Positions 39,009 through 48,441 of a stretch of DNA of 63,635 nucleotides are shown here, one piece after another. The notes below the pieces were generated by a model. It did not search any database, was not told the origin of the DNA, and worked only from the letters and a program-made list of their open reading frames with translations. The position numbers were made by a program, and so were the translations under genes. This DNA is from an uncultured bacterium. Its GTDB lineage: Bacteria; Pseudomonadota; Gammaproteobacteria; Burkholderiales; Burkholderiaceae_E. Positions within the stretch are counted from its first letter, which is position 1; every line of letters starts with the position of its first letter. The stretch spans positions 1 to 63,635 of the forward strand of contig CAIPGD010000079.1 in NCBI GenBank assembly GCA_903864485.1, read 5' to 3'.

Positions 39009-40415
39009 ATGGCACGAGCACGGGTTGAATATGTGTGTACCGAGTGTGGCGGTGTGGCGCCAAAATGGCAGGGTCGATGCTCGGCCTGCGGAGCCTGGAA
39101 TACGCTTGCCGAGTCGGTTGCAAGTGATCCGCGGTCGTCAGCGGGTGCCGGCGGGCAGGGGGATCGTCGACATGCGCTGGTCGAGGCAAGCGAGCTCCAG
39201 GCGCTGAATGCGATCGCTGCTGAGGAGACCCCCCGATTCACCTCGGGCATTGAGGAGTTTGATCGGGTGTTGGGCGGCGGCCTCGTACCAGGCGCAGTGG
39301 TTTTAATTGGCGGCGATCCCGGGATTGGCAAAAGCACGCTGCTCTTGCAGTCTTTGGCATCGATTGCTGCGGACTCGGCGGCTTTGTATGTGACCGGCGA
39401 GGAGTCAACTGCCCAGGTTGCTTTGCGGGCCCGCCGACTTGGCTTGGGCGAGAGCGCGATGCCTGTTCTGGCTGAGACTCAACTCGAACGGATTGCTGCC
39501 GTCCTCTCTCAGCACAAACCCCGGGTGGCGGTCATTGACTCGATCCAGACCCTATTTACGGATGCGCTGCCTTCAGCCCCAGGCTCGGTGGCGCAGGTCC
39601 GCGAATGCGCTGCCCAACTGACCCGGATTGCCAAGCGCGACAACCTCACCATCATTCTGGTCGGGCATGTCACGAAAGAGGGGCAACTCGCGGGGCCGAG
39701 GGTCCTCGAGCACATGGTCGATTGCGTGCTGTATTTCGAGGGCGAGGCTCATTCGGCTTTTCGATTGGTCCGAGCATTCAAGAATCGATTCGGCGCGGTG
39801 AACGAATTGGGTGTGTTCGCGATGACCGATCGGGGCTTGCGGGGTGTCACCAATCCGTCCGCCATGTTTCTTGCCCAACACGATCGTCGGGTTCCGGGAA
39901 GTTGCGTCTTGGTGACCCAAGAAGGTTCCCGGCCCTTGCTTGTTGAGATTCAGGCCCTGGTCGATTCAGCCCATGCGCCCAATCCACGCCGCCTTAGTGT
40001 CGGTCTTGAAGCAAATCGGCTCGCGATGTTGTTGGCGGTCGCTCATCGTCATGCGGGCCTGGTGACCTTTGATCAAGACGTGTTTGTCAATGCGGTTGGC
40101 GGTGTCCGAATTGTCGAGCCGGCGGCAGATCTGGCGGTCCTGTTTGCCATCGTCTCGAGCCTCCGCAATCGGCCGCTTGGGGCGGACTGTGAAGGTGGAC
40201 TGGCGGTTTTTGGGGAAATTGGGCTTGCCGGCGAAATCCGTCCGGCGCCGCGTGGCCAGGAACGCTTGCGCGAGGTGTCGAAGCTGGGTTTTGCCCGGGT
40301 GATCGTGCCGCGGGCCAATACGCCCAAGGCGGGCAGTCGCGGGGCGCCTGAAGGATTGGAAATCCTTGCGGTCGACCGGGTCGACCAGGCGCTCGATCTA
40401 GCATTCTCGAGGTGA
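39009..40415 (+). CDS. radA: DNA repair protein RadA
   Basis: Zinc finger CTECGGVAPKWQGRCSACGAWNT, Walker A GGDPGIGKSTLLLQ, KNRFG motif, and a Lon-like C-terminal domain. Confidence 0.96.
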   Translation: MARARVEYVCTECGGVAPKWQGRCSACGAWNTLAESVASDPRSSAGAGGQGDRRHALVEASELQALNAIAAEETPRFTSGIEEFDRVLGGGLVPGAVVLIGGDPGIGKSTLLLQSLASIAADSAALYVTGEESTAQVALRARRLGLGESAMPVLAETQLERIAAVLSQHKPRVAVIDSIQTLFTDALPSAPGSVAQVRECAAQLTRIAKRDNLTIILVGHVTKEGQLAGPRVLEHMVDCVLYFEGEAHSAFRLVRAFKNRFGAVNELGVFAMTDRGLRGVTNPSAMFLAQHDRRVPGSCVLVTQEGSRPLLVEIQALVDSAHAPNPRRLSVGLEANRLAMLLAVAHRHAGLVTFDQDVFVNAVGGVRIVEPAADLAVLFAIVSSLRNRPLGADCEGGLAVFGEIGLAGEIRPAPRGQERLREVSKLGFARVIVPRANTPKAGSRGAPEGLEILAVDRVDQALDLAFSR

Positions 40416-40498
40416 TGATCTAACCGCAGACGGCACTGGCGAACGAGCAGGCACGAATCACGCGTGCCACAGGGGCCAACCGACATCCGGAGCCTCCC

Positions 40499-40945
40499 AT
40501 GGACTTCCACTTCTTGCGCAGTTCTGCTCAGCATAAGCTCAGCGCGTTGCCGCCAGCCCCGTCGCACTTACTGGTCCCCGACCAGGAACTCGCCGCGAAT
40601 CAGGACTATGTCCTTGCAGGGCTTGGACTCTGGATGGTGGCCTCACCTTGGTTATTTCAATTTTCTGGTTCGTTTACGCCGCGCTGGACTGCGTTAATCG
40701 TAGGCGCCTTGGTTGTGCTGATGGCCTTTGAAAACAAACTCTGGCCTTCTCGCTATGGACAGTGGGCCGCCTTGGCCCTCGGGCTTCTGCTGTTTTGCAG
40801 TCCGTTTCTCTTGGGTGCATATCATCCACCACAGGCCGCCGCGAATGCCGTCACGATCGGCGCGGCGCTGGTTGGATGGTCTGGCTGGTCTCTGGCGCGT
40901 CAACACGATGAACGCGTCGCTGCGGGGCTCTCGTCCCGACTATAA
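40499..40945 (+). CDS. SPW-repeat membrane protein, function unknown
   Basis: Four predicted TM helices with ASPWLF and CSPFLL repeat motifs. GGAG lies 6 nt upstream of the ATG. Confidence 0.55.
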   Translation: MDFHFLRSSAQHKLSALPPAPSHLLVPDQELAANQDYVLAGLGLWMVASPWLFQFSGSFTPRWTALIVGALVVLMAFENKLWPSRYGQWAALALGLLLFCSPFLLGAYHPPQAAANAVTIGAALVGWSGWSLARQHDERVAAGLSSRL

Positions 40946-42244
40946 AGCCAGTGCCAGTTGGCGTGCCGCTTTGAGACCACTGCGTACCGCCGATTCCAAT
41001 GTCGCCGGGTATTCGCTGGCCGTCCAATCGCCAGCGAGCATGACTGATGGCCATTCCTGGGCTAAGGCGTCGACATCCGGCCGCTTGAGTCCTGGACAGC
41101 AGGAAAACGTCGCCGCTGTCTCATGGATCAGTTTCGCGCCGAGCACTCGTGCCCCGTCAAGCCTTGTCGGCCGCCCCTGTTGCGCAAGCACTTGTTCCAA
41201 CTGACTGAGACATGACTGGATGAGATCAGTACGATCAGTTGCCCGGGCTGCAGCGCTAATGACGACCGACGCTAGGGTCGCGCCATTCGCTTCAGCCCTG
41301 GTAAAAAGCCATTCGCCTGGACCGTCCTCCATAAGCGTCAGGCAATGCGGCTCGAAAATACCAGGGGCGAACATTAACCAGAGCGTTTGAATTGACTCTG
41401 TAGGCAATGCAGGTATCCGGGGACCCAAGAGACGCCGAGCGCTATGCGCGGCAAGTGCGACCACCACGCCATCAAATGGCTCGTGGTCCACCGTAGGGCC
41501 TGATTGAATCGAGCGCACGAGGTGGCGTCGACGGATGATGCCGTGATGGCTCATCAAAAACTGTGCGGCAAGCTTGGGTAGAGATTCGCCGAGCGGTACG
41601 TTTGGGACCAGCATGTCGGATGCTCGCGCGTCATCGCTGCCGAGGGTGTCCCTCAGGACCGCAGCAAAGCTGGCTGCGCACGCTTTGGTCGGAGGGGTGT
41701 TGAGGGCTGCAAGGCAAAGCGGGTTCCAGACACGCCGCTGTACCGCTTCGGTTTGTTGCGCATCGGACAAGAGCTGCGCAACGGTGAGTCCAGGTGCGGT
41801 CTTCCAGCCGCGAAGCTTCATCGTCACACCGAGGCGTGCGATCGAAATTCGATCGCCCCACTGAAGGCCCCGTGCTCGTAACAGACCGTGCACCAGATGC
41901 CACGGAGCGTTTGCATCGGATGCTTTGAACTGGAGTCCCCGATCGCTATTGAGCGTGAATGGCATTCGCTTGAAGAACTGCGATTCGAAACCGCCGAGCC
42001 GTTCAAGTAGGGCAAGCGTCTCTTGGTAAGCACCGACTAACAGGTGCTGTCCGTTATCAATCTGTACCTCCTGAACACCCCCATCTGGAGACTTGACCGA
42101 CCAGTTCAGTGAGCGTGCCCGACCGCCGATCTCTGGCGCTGCTTCAAATACAGTGACCCGGGCACCTCTGGCAGCGAGTTCCACGGCTGCGCTCAGGCCA
42201 GCCCATCCGGCACCGACGACGGCGACTCGAGGATCCGGCTTCAA
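40940..42244 (-). CDS. hpnE: hydroxysqualene dehydroxylase HpnE (FAD-dependent amine-oxidase fold)
   Basis: Rossmann VAVVGAGWAGLSAAVELAARGARVTVFE...GGRARS. It is the third gene of the hpnCDE order. TTG 42244 (TTGA overlap with hpnD) is chosen; the alternative TTG 42304 would overlap hpnD by 64 nt. Confidence 0.8.
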   Translation of the reverse strand: MKPDPRVAVVGAGWAGLSAAVELAARGARVTVFEAAPEIGGRARSLNWSVKSPDGGVQEVQIDNGQHLLVGAYQETLALLERLGGFESQFFKRMPFTLNSDRGLQFKASDANAPWHLVHGLLRARGLQWGDRISIARLGVTMKLRGWKTAPGLTVAQLLSDAQQTEAVQRRVWNPLCLAALNTPPTKACAASFAAVLRDTLGSDDARASDMLVPNVPLGESLPKLAAQFLMSHHGIIRRRHLVRSIQSGPTVDHEPFDGVVVALAAHSARRLLGPRIPALPTESIQTLWLMFAPGIFEPHCLTLMEDGPGEWLFTRAEANGATLASVVISAAARATDRTDLIQSCLSQLEQVLAQQGRPTRLDGARVLGAKLIHETAATFSCCPGLKRPDVDALAQEWPSVMLAGDWTASEYPATLESAVRSGLKAARQLALAL

Positions 42245-43104
42245 GATCGCGCGAGTTGCAAATCCGGGGGGCGTGCGGTGAGCCAGGTCTTCCAGGCGAG
42301 CCAAAGTTTGCGGATTGGGGTTAGCGAAGTGCGATGCGTGAGAACCCGAAAGCCGTCTTCTTCAATCTCATCGAGAAGAGTCGAATAAATCGAACTCATA
42401 ATGAGTCCGGGGCGCTGGGCGCGCCGGTCCTCGTCTGCCAGTAATCCGTAAGCACGCGCATACTGAGCGCGGGTTCGCTCGGCCTGGAATCGCATGAGTT
42501 CTATGAATTCAGGGCTCGTGCGGCCCTGTAGCAAATCAGCCGCCGGAACCCCAAATCGTTGCAGGTCTTCAACCGGCAGGTAGATGCGACCTTTGCGGGC
42601 ATCCTCGCCGACATCTCGAATAATATTCGTGAGCTGGAAGGCGAGACCGAGAGCCTGTGCATACGCTCTGGTGCTTTCTGCCTTGCGTCCAAAGATATCG
42701 GCGGCCATGGTCCCGACGACCCCTGCAACCCGATCGCAATAGACTTCGAGATCTCTAAATCGAGAATATCGAGCTTGGTCGAGATCCATTTGCATGCCGT
42801 CAATGACCGCTTGCAGTCTCGCTTGATCCAAGCCAAACGGCTCCAGGCATGGCGCTAAAGCGCGGGTGACGGGGTGCTGTGGGTCGCCGTCAAACAGTCG
42901 CGCAATTTCGGTGCGCCACCAGATCAAGCGGGTTTGTGCCACAGTTGGTTCGCTGGACTCGTCCACAACATCGTCGACTTCGCGACAGAATGCATAGAGT
43001 GCCGTAATCGCTCTTCGACGCGGCGGCGGCAGAAAAAGGAAGCTGTAATAAAAACTGGAGCCGCTGCGGGCAGCCTTTTCTTGACAATATTCGTCGGGTG
43101 TCAT
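42241..43104 (-). CDS. hpnD: presqualene diphosphate synthase HpnD (squalene/phytoene synthase family)
   Basis: SGSSFYYSFLFLP..., Asp-rich motif FCREVDDVVDE, and a second motif NIIRDVGEDA. Confidence 0.85.
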   Translation of the reverse strand: MTPDEYCQEKAARSGSSFYYSFLFLPPPRRRAITALYAFCREVDDVVDESSEPTVAQTRLIWWRTEIARLFDGDPQHPVTRALAPCLEPFGLDQARLQAVIDGMQMDLDQARYSRFRDLEVYCDRVAGVVGTMAADIFGRKAESTRAYAQALGLAFQLTNIIRDVGEDARKGRIYLPVEDLQRFGVPAADLLQGRTSPEFIELMRFQAERTRAQYARAYGLLADEDRRAQRPGLIMSSIYSTLLDEIEEDGFRVLTHRTSLTPIRKLWLAWKTWLTARPPDLQLARS

Positions 43105-43997
43105 GGCACGGGTCGCCGCGTCAACGTGCGGACCCCGATGATAAGCCAGTCCCGACCCCCCAACACGGGTCGGGTACGGGTGGTGTCAAAATTGAGGCGC
43201 TCGATACGCTTGAGGATTTGAATGCCTCCGGCAACCGTTGCAGTAATTTCCAAGCCAAGCCGCCCCGGGATTTTTTGGCAAAGTGGGAATCCCTTGCGGA
43301 GTAGGGCGTAGGCTTTATGGTGCTCCTGAGCCAACAGTTTAAGTAAAGCGGGGCTCGGACGATGCATTCCACAAACAGCTGAGTCGATGTCGGCTTCTTG
43401 CAAGCCAAAGGCTTGAAGTTCGTTTAACGGCAGATAAAGCCGGCCGCGCTTCCAGTCCAGTCCGAGATCTTGCAGAAAATTGATCCGTTGCAGTGCGGTA
43501 CAGATGGCATCAGATTGGTTTAGTTGCTCAATGCCATTTATTCCGACGAGGGCCAGCATGAGACGACCAATCGGATTGGCCGAACGGCGGCAATAGTCTG
43601 AAATTGACGCGTCGTCGGCCCAGCGCTGCTGCGTTACGTCTTGTTCGAAGGCACTTAGGAGATCAAAAAACAGATCCAGTGGGAGTTGGTACTGTTCGAC
43701 GATCCGAGCGAGCGGCTCGAAAATCGGATCCGCCAAGTGGGTTTCGTGAGACCCAAGGCCATTCATCGGTTCGAATCGTCCCGATTGAATCGATTCAAGC
43801 TGTTTTCGACAGTGCGACAAGGCATTCAGCCGTTGATGCGGCGAGAGGTCGCCCTCATCCGCAAGATCGTCGGCCATCCGCGCGAAGCGATAAATCGCTA
43901 CGATGGCGGGCCTCAGCTTTGGCGGGACGAGCCAGGACGCCACCGGAAAGTTTTCGTAGTGGTCGACGCTGCTTGTGAAACCAGGGGTGTCCGACAT
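43101..43997 (-). CDS. hpnC: hydroxysqualene synthase HpnC (squalene/phytoene synthase family)
   Basis: HYENFPVASWLVP..., Asp-rich ARMADDLADE, and INFLQDLGLD. ATG 43997 is preferred over TTG 44006. Confidence 0.85.
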   Translation of the reverse strand: MSDTPGFTSSVDHYENFPVASWLVPPKLRPAIVAIYRFARMADDLADEGDLSPHQRLNALSHCRKQLESIQSGRFEPMNGLGSHETHLADPIFEPLARIVEQYQLPLDLFFDLLSAFEQDVTQQRWADDASISDYCRRSANPIGRLMLALVGINGIEQLNQSDAICTALQRINFLQDLGLDWKRGRLYLPLNELQAFGLQEADIDSAVCGMHRPSPALLKLLAQEHHKAYALLRKGFPLCQKIPGRLGLEITATVAGGIQILKRIERLNFDTTRTRPVLGGRDWLIIGVRTLTRRPVP

Positions 43998-44038
43998 GGG
44001 CGGCAAGTGTGAGTCAGTGACGCAGAAATGGAAAGTTT

Positions 44039-45199
44039 ATGGATCGTTGCCTGAGGTACAGGTTTTCAGGGCTTGCCTTGATGGTCATAGCCCCCCTTTT
44101 CATCGGTTGCTCCAAGACGCCAGCGCCCAGTGAGGAAGCGATTCGTCCAGTTCGCGTCATTCGGTTGGCTGATCAGGGCGATGCGCCAGCCTTGACTTTG
44201 CCGGGCGAAGTTCGTCCCCGGGTGGAAAGTCGACTGGGGTTTCGAGTCGCGGGGAAAATCGCGCGACGGTTCGTCCAGTCAGGCGATTCAGTCCGTAGCG
44301 GCCAACTGTTGGCGCAACTTGATCCACAAGACCTCGCCCCCGCAATCGAATCTGCCTCGGCAAATCTGGAGTCAGCTGCGGCTGATCTGCGCCTCGCAGT
44401 TGCCGAGCGCGATCGTGTTCAGGCCCTGAGGGCGAAAGATTTCGTTAGTCAGGCACAGGTCGACCGCGCGCAGGCTCAAATGGATGCAGCTCAGGGGCGC
44501 CTGAGGGCAGCCCAGGCAGCACTCGTCAGTGCCCGTAATTCGGTCCAGTTTCAGTCGTTGATGGCGGATGTTGATGGTGTTGTCATTGCAGTTGAAGCGG
44601 AGCCCGGCCAGGTGGTGATGGCTGGGCAATCGGTCATTCGAATTGCCCGCGGCAGCGAGCGTGACGTGGTCGTTTCCGTGCCGGAGACTTCGCTTCGGTC
44701 GGTCCAAAGCTCGAAAACTCTTGTAATTACCTCACCCACACTGGCGGGTGAGCATCTCGTGGGAAAGATTCGCGAATCTTCCCCGGTGGCGGATCCCGCT
44801 TCAAGAACTTATGCGATCAAGGTCGAACCCGTATCTTCGAAGGCCGCCGATCGGCTTCCACTTGGGGCGAGTGCAACGGTGAGTTTTGGGTTGCCGCCCA
44901 GTCCAGGGATTTTGGTTCCGCTATCAGCGCTGCATTCGAGCACCTCGAATCCAAAGGTCTGGATTGTTGACGAGACCATGTTGACGGTCCGCTCGGTCTC
45001 CGTCCAAGTTGCCGAGGACGGCTTGCGTGACAATGGCGTCATGCTCCGGGTCTCCGAAGCCGGCGGTGTGCGAATAGGGCAACTGGTCGTGACCGCCGGG
45101 GCTAATTTGCTGCGGGAGGGGCAAAAAGTTCGCCTGCCGACCGCTTCGACTGGCTCGATTGGCGCGACTGGGTCGAGTGCACCCTCGCCAAGTCCATGA
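44039..45199 (+). CDS. RND efflux periplasmic adaptor (membrane fusion protein)
   Basis: Lipobox FIGCS, a coiled-coil hairpin region (ESAAADLRLAVAERDRVQAL...), and beta-barrel domains. The stop overlaps the RND permease start (ATGA). Confidence 0.85.
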   Translation: MDRCLRYRFSGLALMVIAPLFIGCSKTPAPSEEAIRPVRVIRLADQGDAPALTLPGEVRPRVESRLGFRVAGKIARRFVQSGDSVRSGQLLAQLDPQDLAPAIESASANLESAAADLRLAVAERDRVQALRAKDFVSQAQVDRAQAQMDAAQGRLRAAQAALVSARNSVQFQSLMADVDGVVIAVEAEPGQVVMAGQSVIRIARGSERDVVVSVPETSLRSVQSSKTLVITSPTLAGEHLVGKIRESSPVADPASRTYAIKVEPVSSKAADRLPLGASATVSFGLPPSPGILVPLSALHSSTSNPKVWIVDETMLTVRSVSVQVAEDGLRDNGVMLRVSEAGGVRIGQLVVTAGANLLREGQKVRLPTASTGSIGATGSSAPSPSP

Positions 45200-48100
45200 A
45201 ACAGGACCCTCAATCGCAAGGATCCCGCTGGAACCTGTCAGCCGCAGCGATTAAACATGGGTCGCTGACCTGGTTTTTCCTGGCGGCAGTGGCCATTTTC
45301 GGCTTTTCAGCTTTTTTTCAGCTGGGTCAGCGCGAAGACCCTGATTTCACGCTGCGGCTGATGGTCGTCCGCACCCTGTGGCCGGGAGCCAACACTGAGC
45401 AGGTCGACCGGCAGATTACTGACCGACTGGAAAAAAAGCTCCAGGAAGTCCCTTACTTTCGATTTACCCGGAGTTATTCCAAGCCTGGTGAGTCTCTAAT
45501 TATTCTCGAGCTCAAGGATACGGCGCCCCAGCGAGAGGTCGCTCAGATCTGGTACCAGGTTCGCAAAAAGGTCGGCGATATTCGTCAGAGTCTGCCTTCG
45601 GATGCTCTCGGGCCTTTTTTCAATGATGAATTTGGTGACGTGTTCGGGACTATTTATGCGTTCACCGGCGACGGCATCAGCCACTCAGAACTTCGGGAGC
45701 TCTTGGATGGTGTTCGGCAGAACCTGATGCGGATCCCCGATGTCTCAAAAGTTGAATTGATCGGCATCGTCGATGACAAGATTTGGGTTGAGCCGTCGAT
45801 CCGCAAGCTGGCGGCACTCGGACTGGATCCCGCAGCGATTGCGGCGCAGCTGCAGGCCCAAAATACCGTCATCCCCGGCGGAACGGTTGAGGGGCCTGAC
45901 CGGTCGGTGCCATTGCGCGTCAGTGGTCAGTTTGATTCGGTGGCTGATATTGCTGGCCTACCGATTCAGATTGGCAACCGGACTATTCGCTTGGACGACG
46001 TGGCCAAAGTCAGCCGCGGGTTGCAGGATCCGCCGGTGAGCACAATGCGCTACAAGGGACAGCAAGCCATTGGGTTGGCCATCTCCATGGTGCGGGATGG
46101 CGATGTGCCCCGGCTGGGCAAGAACCTCGATGTAGAGATGGCTCGACTCAAAGCCCAACTCCCGATTGGAGTCGGTTTTGCAAAGGTCTCCGATCAGCCG
46201 CGGATTGTTGAAAATGCCGTTGGCTTGTTTTTGCGGTCCCTGGGTGAGGCCGTGTTGATTGTTTTAGCCGTCAGCTTTGTCAGCCTCGGCGCCCGCAGCG
46301 GGCTGGTAGTGGCCTTGACGATCCCATTAGTCCTGGCGGCGACTTTTTTATTGATGAAGTTTTTCGGCATTGACCTGCATCGGATTTCAACTGGCGCGCT
46401 CGTGATTGCGCTCGGGCTTCTGGTTGATGACGCGATCATCGCAGTGGAAATGATGTTGCGGAAAATTGAAGAAGGATTTGATCGATTTCAGGCGGCAACC
46501 TTCGCGTTTACAAGCACAGCATTTCCCATGTTGACGGGCACCTTGATCACGGCCGCAGGGTTCTTACCCATCGCCACGGCTAAATCGTCAACTGGGGAGT
46601 ACACGATTGGAATCTTTCAGGTTGTGACCATTGCATTATTGGTGTCCTGGTTTGCTGCAGTGATCGCGACGCCGCTCATTGGGATGAAATTATTGCGGGC
46701 ATCAGGGCAGCATCAGCATGAGATGTTTCAGGGCCGTTTCTACGTGGCTTTGCGGCGATTGATTGATGCCTGTATGCGGCGACGGTGGTGGACGATCGCA
46801 GCAACACTCGGCGCATTCATGCTTGGGGGGTACGGCATGGGGCTCACCGAAAAGCAGTTTTTTCCGAGCAGTGACCGCGCGGAAATACTCATCGAACTTT
46901 GGCTGCCTGAGGGATCGAGTCTGCGTGCGACCGAAGCGCAGACTCAACGCGTTGAGGCGTTCCTCGCTGCAGACCCTGACGTGGGCAACTACGTGGCTTA
47001 TGTTGGCAATGGTTCACCGCGGTATTACGTCTCACTTGACCAGCAACTCTATCGACCGAACTTCGCACAGCTGGTGATCCTGACCCCCGACGTGCCCAGC
47101 CGCGATCGATTGATGACGCGCTTGCGCAAACACCTGCAGGATGATTACCCGGGTGTGCGCGCCCGCGCCTACAGAACACCGCTGGGCCCTCCAGTGTCCT
47201 ACCCCCTCCAGTTTCGAGTGATAGGCACGGATGCCGGACTCTTGAAAGAACTCGGGGCGCAGGTGGCAGAAATCCTCCGCGAGGATCCAGCGGCCCGTGA
47301 TGTTCACCTCGATTGGGGCCAACGTTCACCGGCATTGCAAATCACCATCGATCAGGACCGTGCGCGGGCCATTGGTGCCAGTAGCATCGGGGTGGCGCGG
47401 GCAATTGGCGGAAGCGTCTCCGGGGGGACGATTGGGCAATACCGCGAGGGCGACCGACTGATTGACGTGGTCCTTAGGGCGCCTGAATCCGAGCGCACCA
47501 ATCTCGCCACCATTGCGAGCTTACCGGTGACGACGACCACGGGACGCAGCGTCCCCTTGTCTCAAGTAGCAACCATTACGGCGACGATGGAAGAGCCAAT
47601 TCTTTGGCGTCGCTCCCGCGAACTGACTTTGACAGTGCGCGGCGACCTGATTGAGGGCGTTCAGGCGCCGGATATTGCCGGGCGGATTGATCGGCGTTTG
47701 GCGACCTTCAAGGCTGGATTGCCCGACGGCTATCGAATCGACTTGGGTGGCCCAGCGGAAGAAAATGCGCGGGCACAGGCCTCCATCAATGCCGGGATGC
47801 CGTTAATGCTTTTTGTAGTCGTCGCGCTCCTGATGATTCAGCTCAAGCGCTTTTCCTTGGTGGTCCTAGTGCTACTAACTGCGCCGCTCGGGATCGTTGG
47901 AGTCGCCTCGGCTCTGCTGTTGTCCGGTCGCCCCTTTGGATTCGTTGCGATGTTGGGGACGATTGCGTTGGCTGGAATGATCATGCGCAACACAGTTATC
48001 CTCGTGGAGCAGATCCGGCAGGATCAGGATGCCGGCATCGACCCATGGCTCGCGGTTCGCGAGTCTGCCGTTCGGCGTTTCAGACCGATCGCCTTGACGG

Positions 48101-48261
48101 CTGCGGCGGCAGTCTTTGCGATGGTTCCGCTATCCCGAGACGTGCTTTGGGGCCCAATGGCGTTCGCAATTATGGGCGGCCTGATTGTGGCGACCATCTT
48201 GACCATCCTCTGCGTGCCAGCGCTCTACGTTGCCTGGTTTCGGATTCAAACAACGTCTTGA
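45196..48261 (+). CDS. RND efflux permease (AcrB/AcrD/AcrF superfamily)
   Basis: 1021 aa with 12-TM topology, two large periplasmic loops, and conserved TM4 GLLVDDAII. No outer-membrane factor gene is adjacent. Confidence 0.93.
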   Translation: MKQDPQSQGSRWNLSAAAIKHGSLTWFFLAAVAIFGFSAFFQLGQREDPDFTLRLMVVRTLWPGANTEQVDRQITDRLEKKLQEVPYFRFTRSYSKPGESLIILELKDTAPQREVAQIWYQVRKKVGDIRQSLPSDALGPFFNDEFGDVFGTIYAFTGDGISHSELRELLDGVRQNLMRIPDVSKVELIGIVDDKIWVEPSIRKLAALGLDPAAIAAQLQAQNTVIPGGTVEGPDRSVPLRVSGQFDSVADIAGLPIQIGNRTIRLDDVAKVSRGLQDPPVSTMRYKGQQAIGLAISMVRDGDVPRLGKNLDVEMARLKAQLPIGVGFAKVSDQPRIVENAVGLFLRSLGEAVLIVLAVSFVSLGARSGLVVALTIPLVLAATFLLMKFFGIDLHRISTGALVIALGLLVDDAIIAVEMMLRKIEEGFDRFQAATFAFTSTAFPMLTGTLITAAGFLPIATAKSSTGEYTIGIFQVVTIALLVSWFAAVIATPLIGMKLLRASGQHQHEMFQGRFYVALRRLIDACMRRRWWTIAATLGAFMLGGYGMGLTEKQFFPSSDRAEILIELWLPEGSSLRATEAQTQRVEAFLAADPDVGNYVAYVGNGSPRYYVSLDQQLYRPNFAQLVILTPDVPSRDRLMTRLRKHLQDDYPGVRARAYRTPLGPPVSYPLQFRVIGTDAGLLKELGAQVAEILREDPAARDVHLDWGQRSPALQITIDQDRARAIGASSIGVARAIGGSVSGGTIGQYREGDRLIDVVLRAPESERTNLATIASLPVTTTTGRSVPLSQVATITATMEEPILWRRSRELTLTVRGDLIEGVQAPDIAGRIDRRLATFKAGLPDGYRIDLGGPAEENARAQASINAGMPLMLFVVVALLMIQLKRFSLVVLVLLTAPLGIVGVASALLLSGRPFGFVAMLGTIALAGMIMRNTVILVEQIRQDQDAGIDPWLAVRESAVRRFRPIALTAAAAVFAMVPLSRDVLWGPMAFAIMGGLIVATILTILCVPALYVAWFRIQTTS

Positions 48262-48295
48262 CCCTGCTCGGGTAGAATCAACCCCTCGACCTCGG

Positions 48296-48382
48296 GCGAA
48301 GGTGGCGGAATTGGTAGACGCACCAGGTTTAGGTCCTGACGCAGTAAAAAGCGTGTGGGTTCGAGTCCCATCCTTCGCACCA
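48296..48382 (+). tRNA. tRNA-Leu (anticodon UAG), long variable arm
   Basis: Acceptor stem GCGAAGG/CCTTCGC plus ACCA, D-arm GCGGAATTGGTAGAC as in E. coli tRNA-Leu, anticodon loop TTTAGGT, and T-arm GGGTTCGAGTCCC. Confidence 0.95.
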
Positions 48383-48441
48383 TCGGTTCCGGCCGCTTCC
48401 GGACGATTTTCCTACCCTTTCAGTCGCGTACTGCTTTATCC

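Noticed and set aside
42245-42304. Longer hpnE start at TTG 42304
   Set aside because: It would overlap hpnD by 64 nt and add 20 residues before the Rossmann GxGxxG. TTG 42244 gives the usual short N-terminus and a 4-nt overlap. Neither start has a clear Shine-Dalgarno sequence, so this remains uncertain.
48355-48441. 5' extension of the trigger factor ORF
   Set aside because: The extension overlaps the 3' part of tRNA-Leu and a spacer. Trigger-factor homology begins at ATG 48442 (MTPQIEVL...).
48262-48441. Genomic-island insertion at tRNA-Leu, and likewise at tRNA-Val/tRNA-Asp (54902-55257)
   Set aside because: I found no integrase, no direct repeat of the tRNA 3' end, and no compositional break visible by eye. 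The flanks are an RND pump, tig, and hupB/ppiD in conserved order.
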